From Octopus sinensis (Eukaryota): a stretch of 5,998 bases of DNA. The stretch's first letter is position 1. Every line of letters starts with the position of its first letter. The notes under the pieces were generated by a model. It saw only the letters and a list, made by a program, of their open reading frames with translations. It was not told where the DNA came from and did no database searches. The translations under genes and the position numbers were made by a program. Of this stretch, positions 5,934-5,998 are shown piece by piece. The stretch is from positions 1 to 5,998 of the forward strand of contig NW_021829505.1 in the NCBI RefSeq assembly GCF_006345805.1, in the 5' to 3' direction.

Positions 5934-5998
5934 AGCGGCGAGTTGGCAGAAACGTTAGCACGCCGGGCAAAATGCCTAGCGTAATTTCGTCTGCCGTT
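5934..5998 (+). mobile_element. 5' head of a tRNA-derived octopus SINE, running off the window
   Basis: GCGGCGAGTTGGCAGAAACGTTAGCACGCCGGGCAAAATGCCTAGCGTAATTTCGTCTGCCGTT matches the recalled Octopus SINE head GGCGGCGAGCTGGCAGAAACGTTAGCACGCCGGGCGAAATGC. An A-box-like TGGCAGAAACG lies at 5944-5954; the B box is expected just beyond the window. Confidence 0.8.

Noticed and set aside
1-5998. Prokaryotic-type systems (CRISPR array, operon, rRNA/tRNA genes)
   Set aside because: No repeat-spacer periodicity, no gene-dense coding, and no full cloverleaf; the only tRNA-like signal is the SINE head.

Overview
AT-rich, microsatellite-saturated eukaryotic non-coding DNA, probably intronic or intergenic. 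It is most likely from an octopus or other coleoid cephalopod; this is inferred from two SINE fragments I recognise from memory plus the very high density of (TA)/(CA)/(TG) repeats, not from a database search. No complete protein-coding gene is supported, and nearly all listed ORFs are translations of microsatellites. Well-supported elements: the decayed 3' end of an RTE-clade LINE (1698-1966, minus strand), a 262-bp hAT-type MITE with a perfect 8-bp target-site duplication (1967-2228), a probable second hAT end (1-114), a head-less SINE tail (5611-5864) and a tRNA-derived SINE head (5934-5998). The main unexplained structure is a pair of 28-bp unique-sequence inverted arms (25/28 identical) enclosing about 170 bp of (AT)n (729-955). 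Several other microsatellite blocks have mirror-placed interruptions, and an unclassified repeat carries a stem-loop with hammerhead-like fragments. Weak minus-strand exon-like signals (1408-1471, 2792-2935, 3879, 4821) hint at a host gene but remain unproven.
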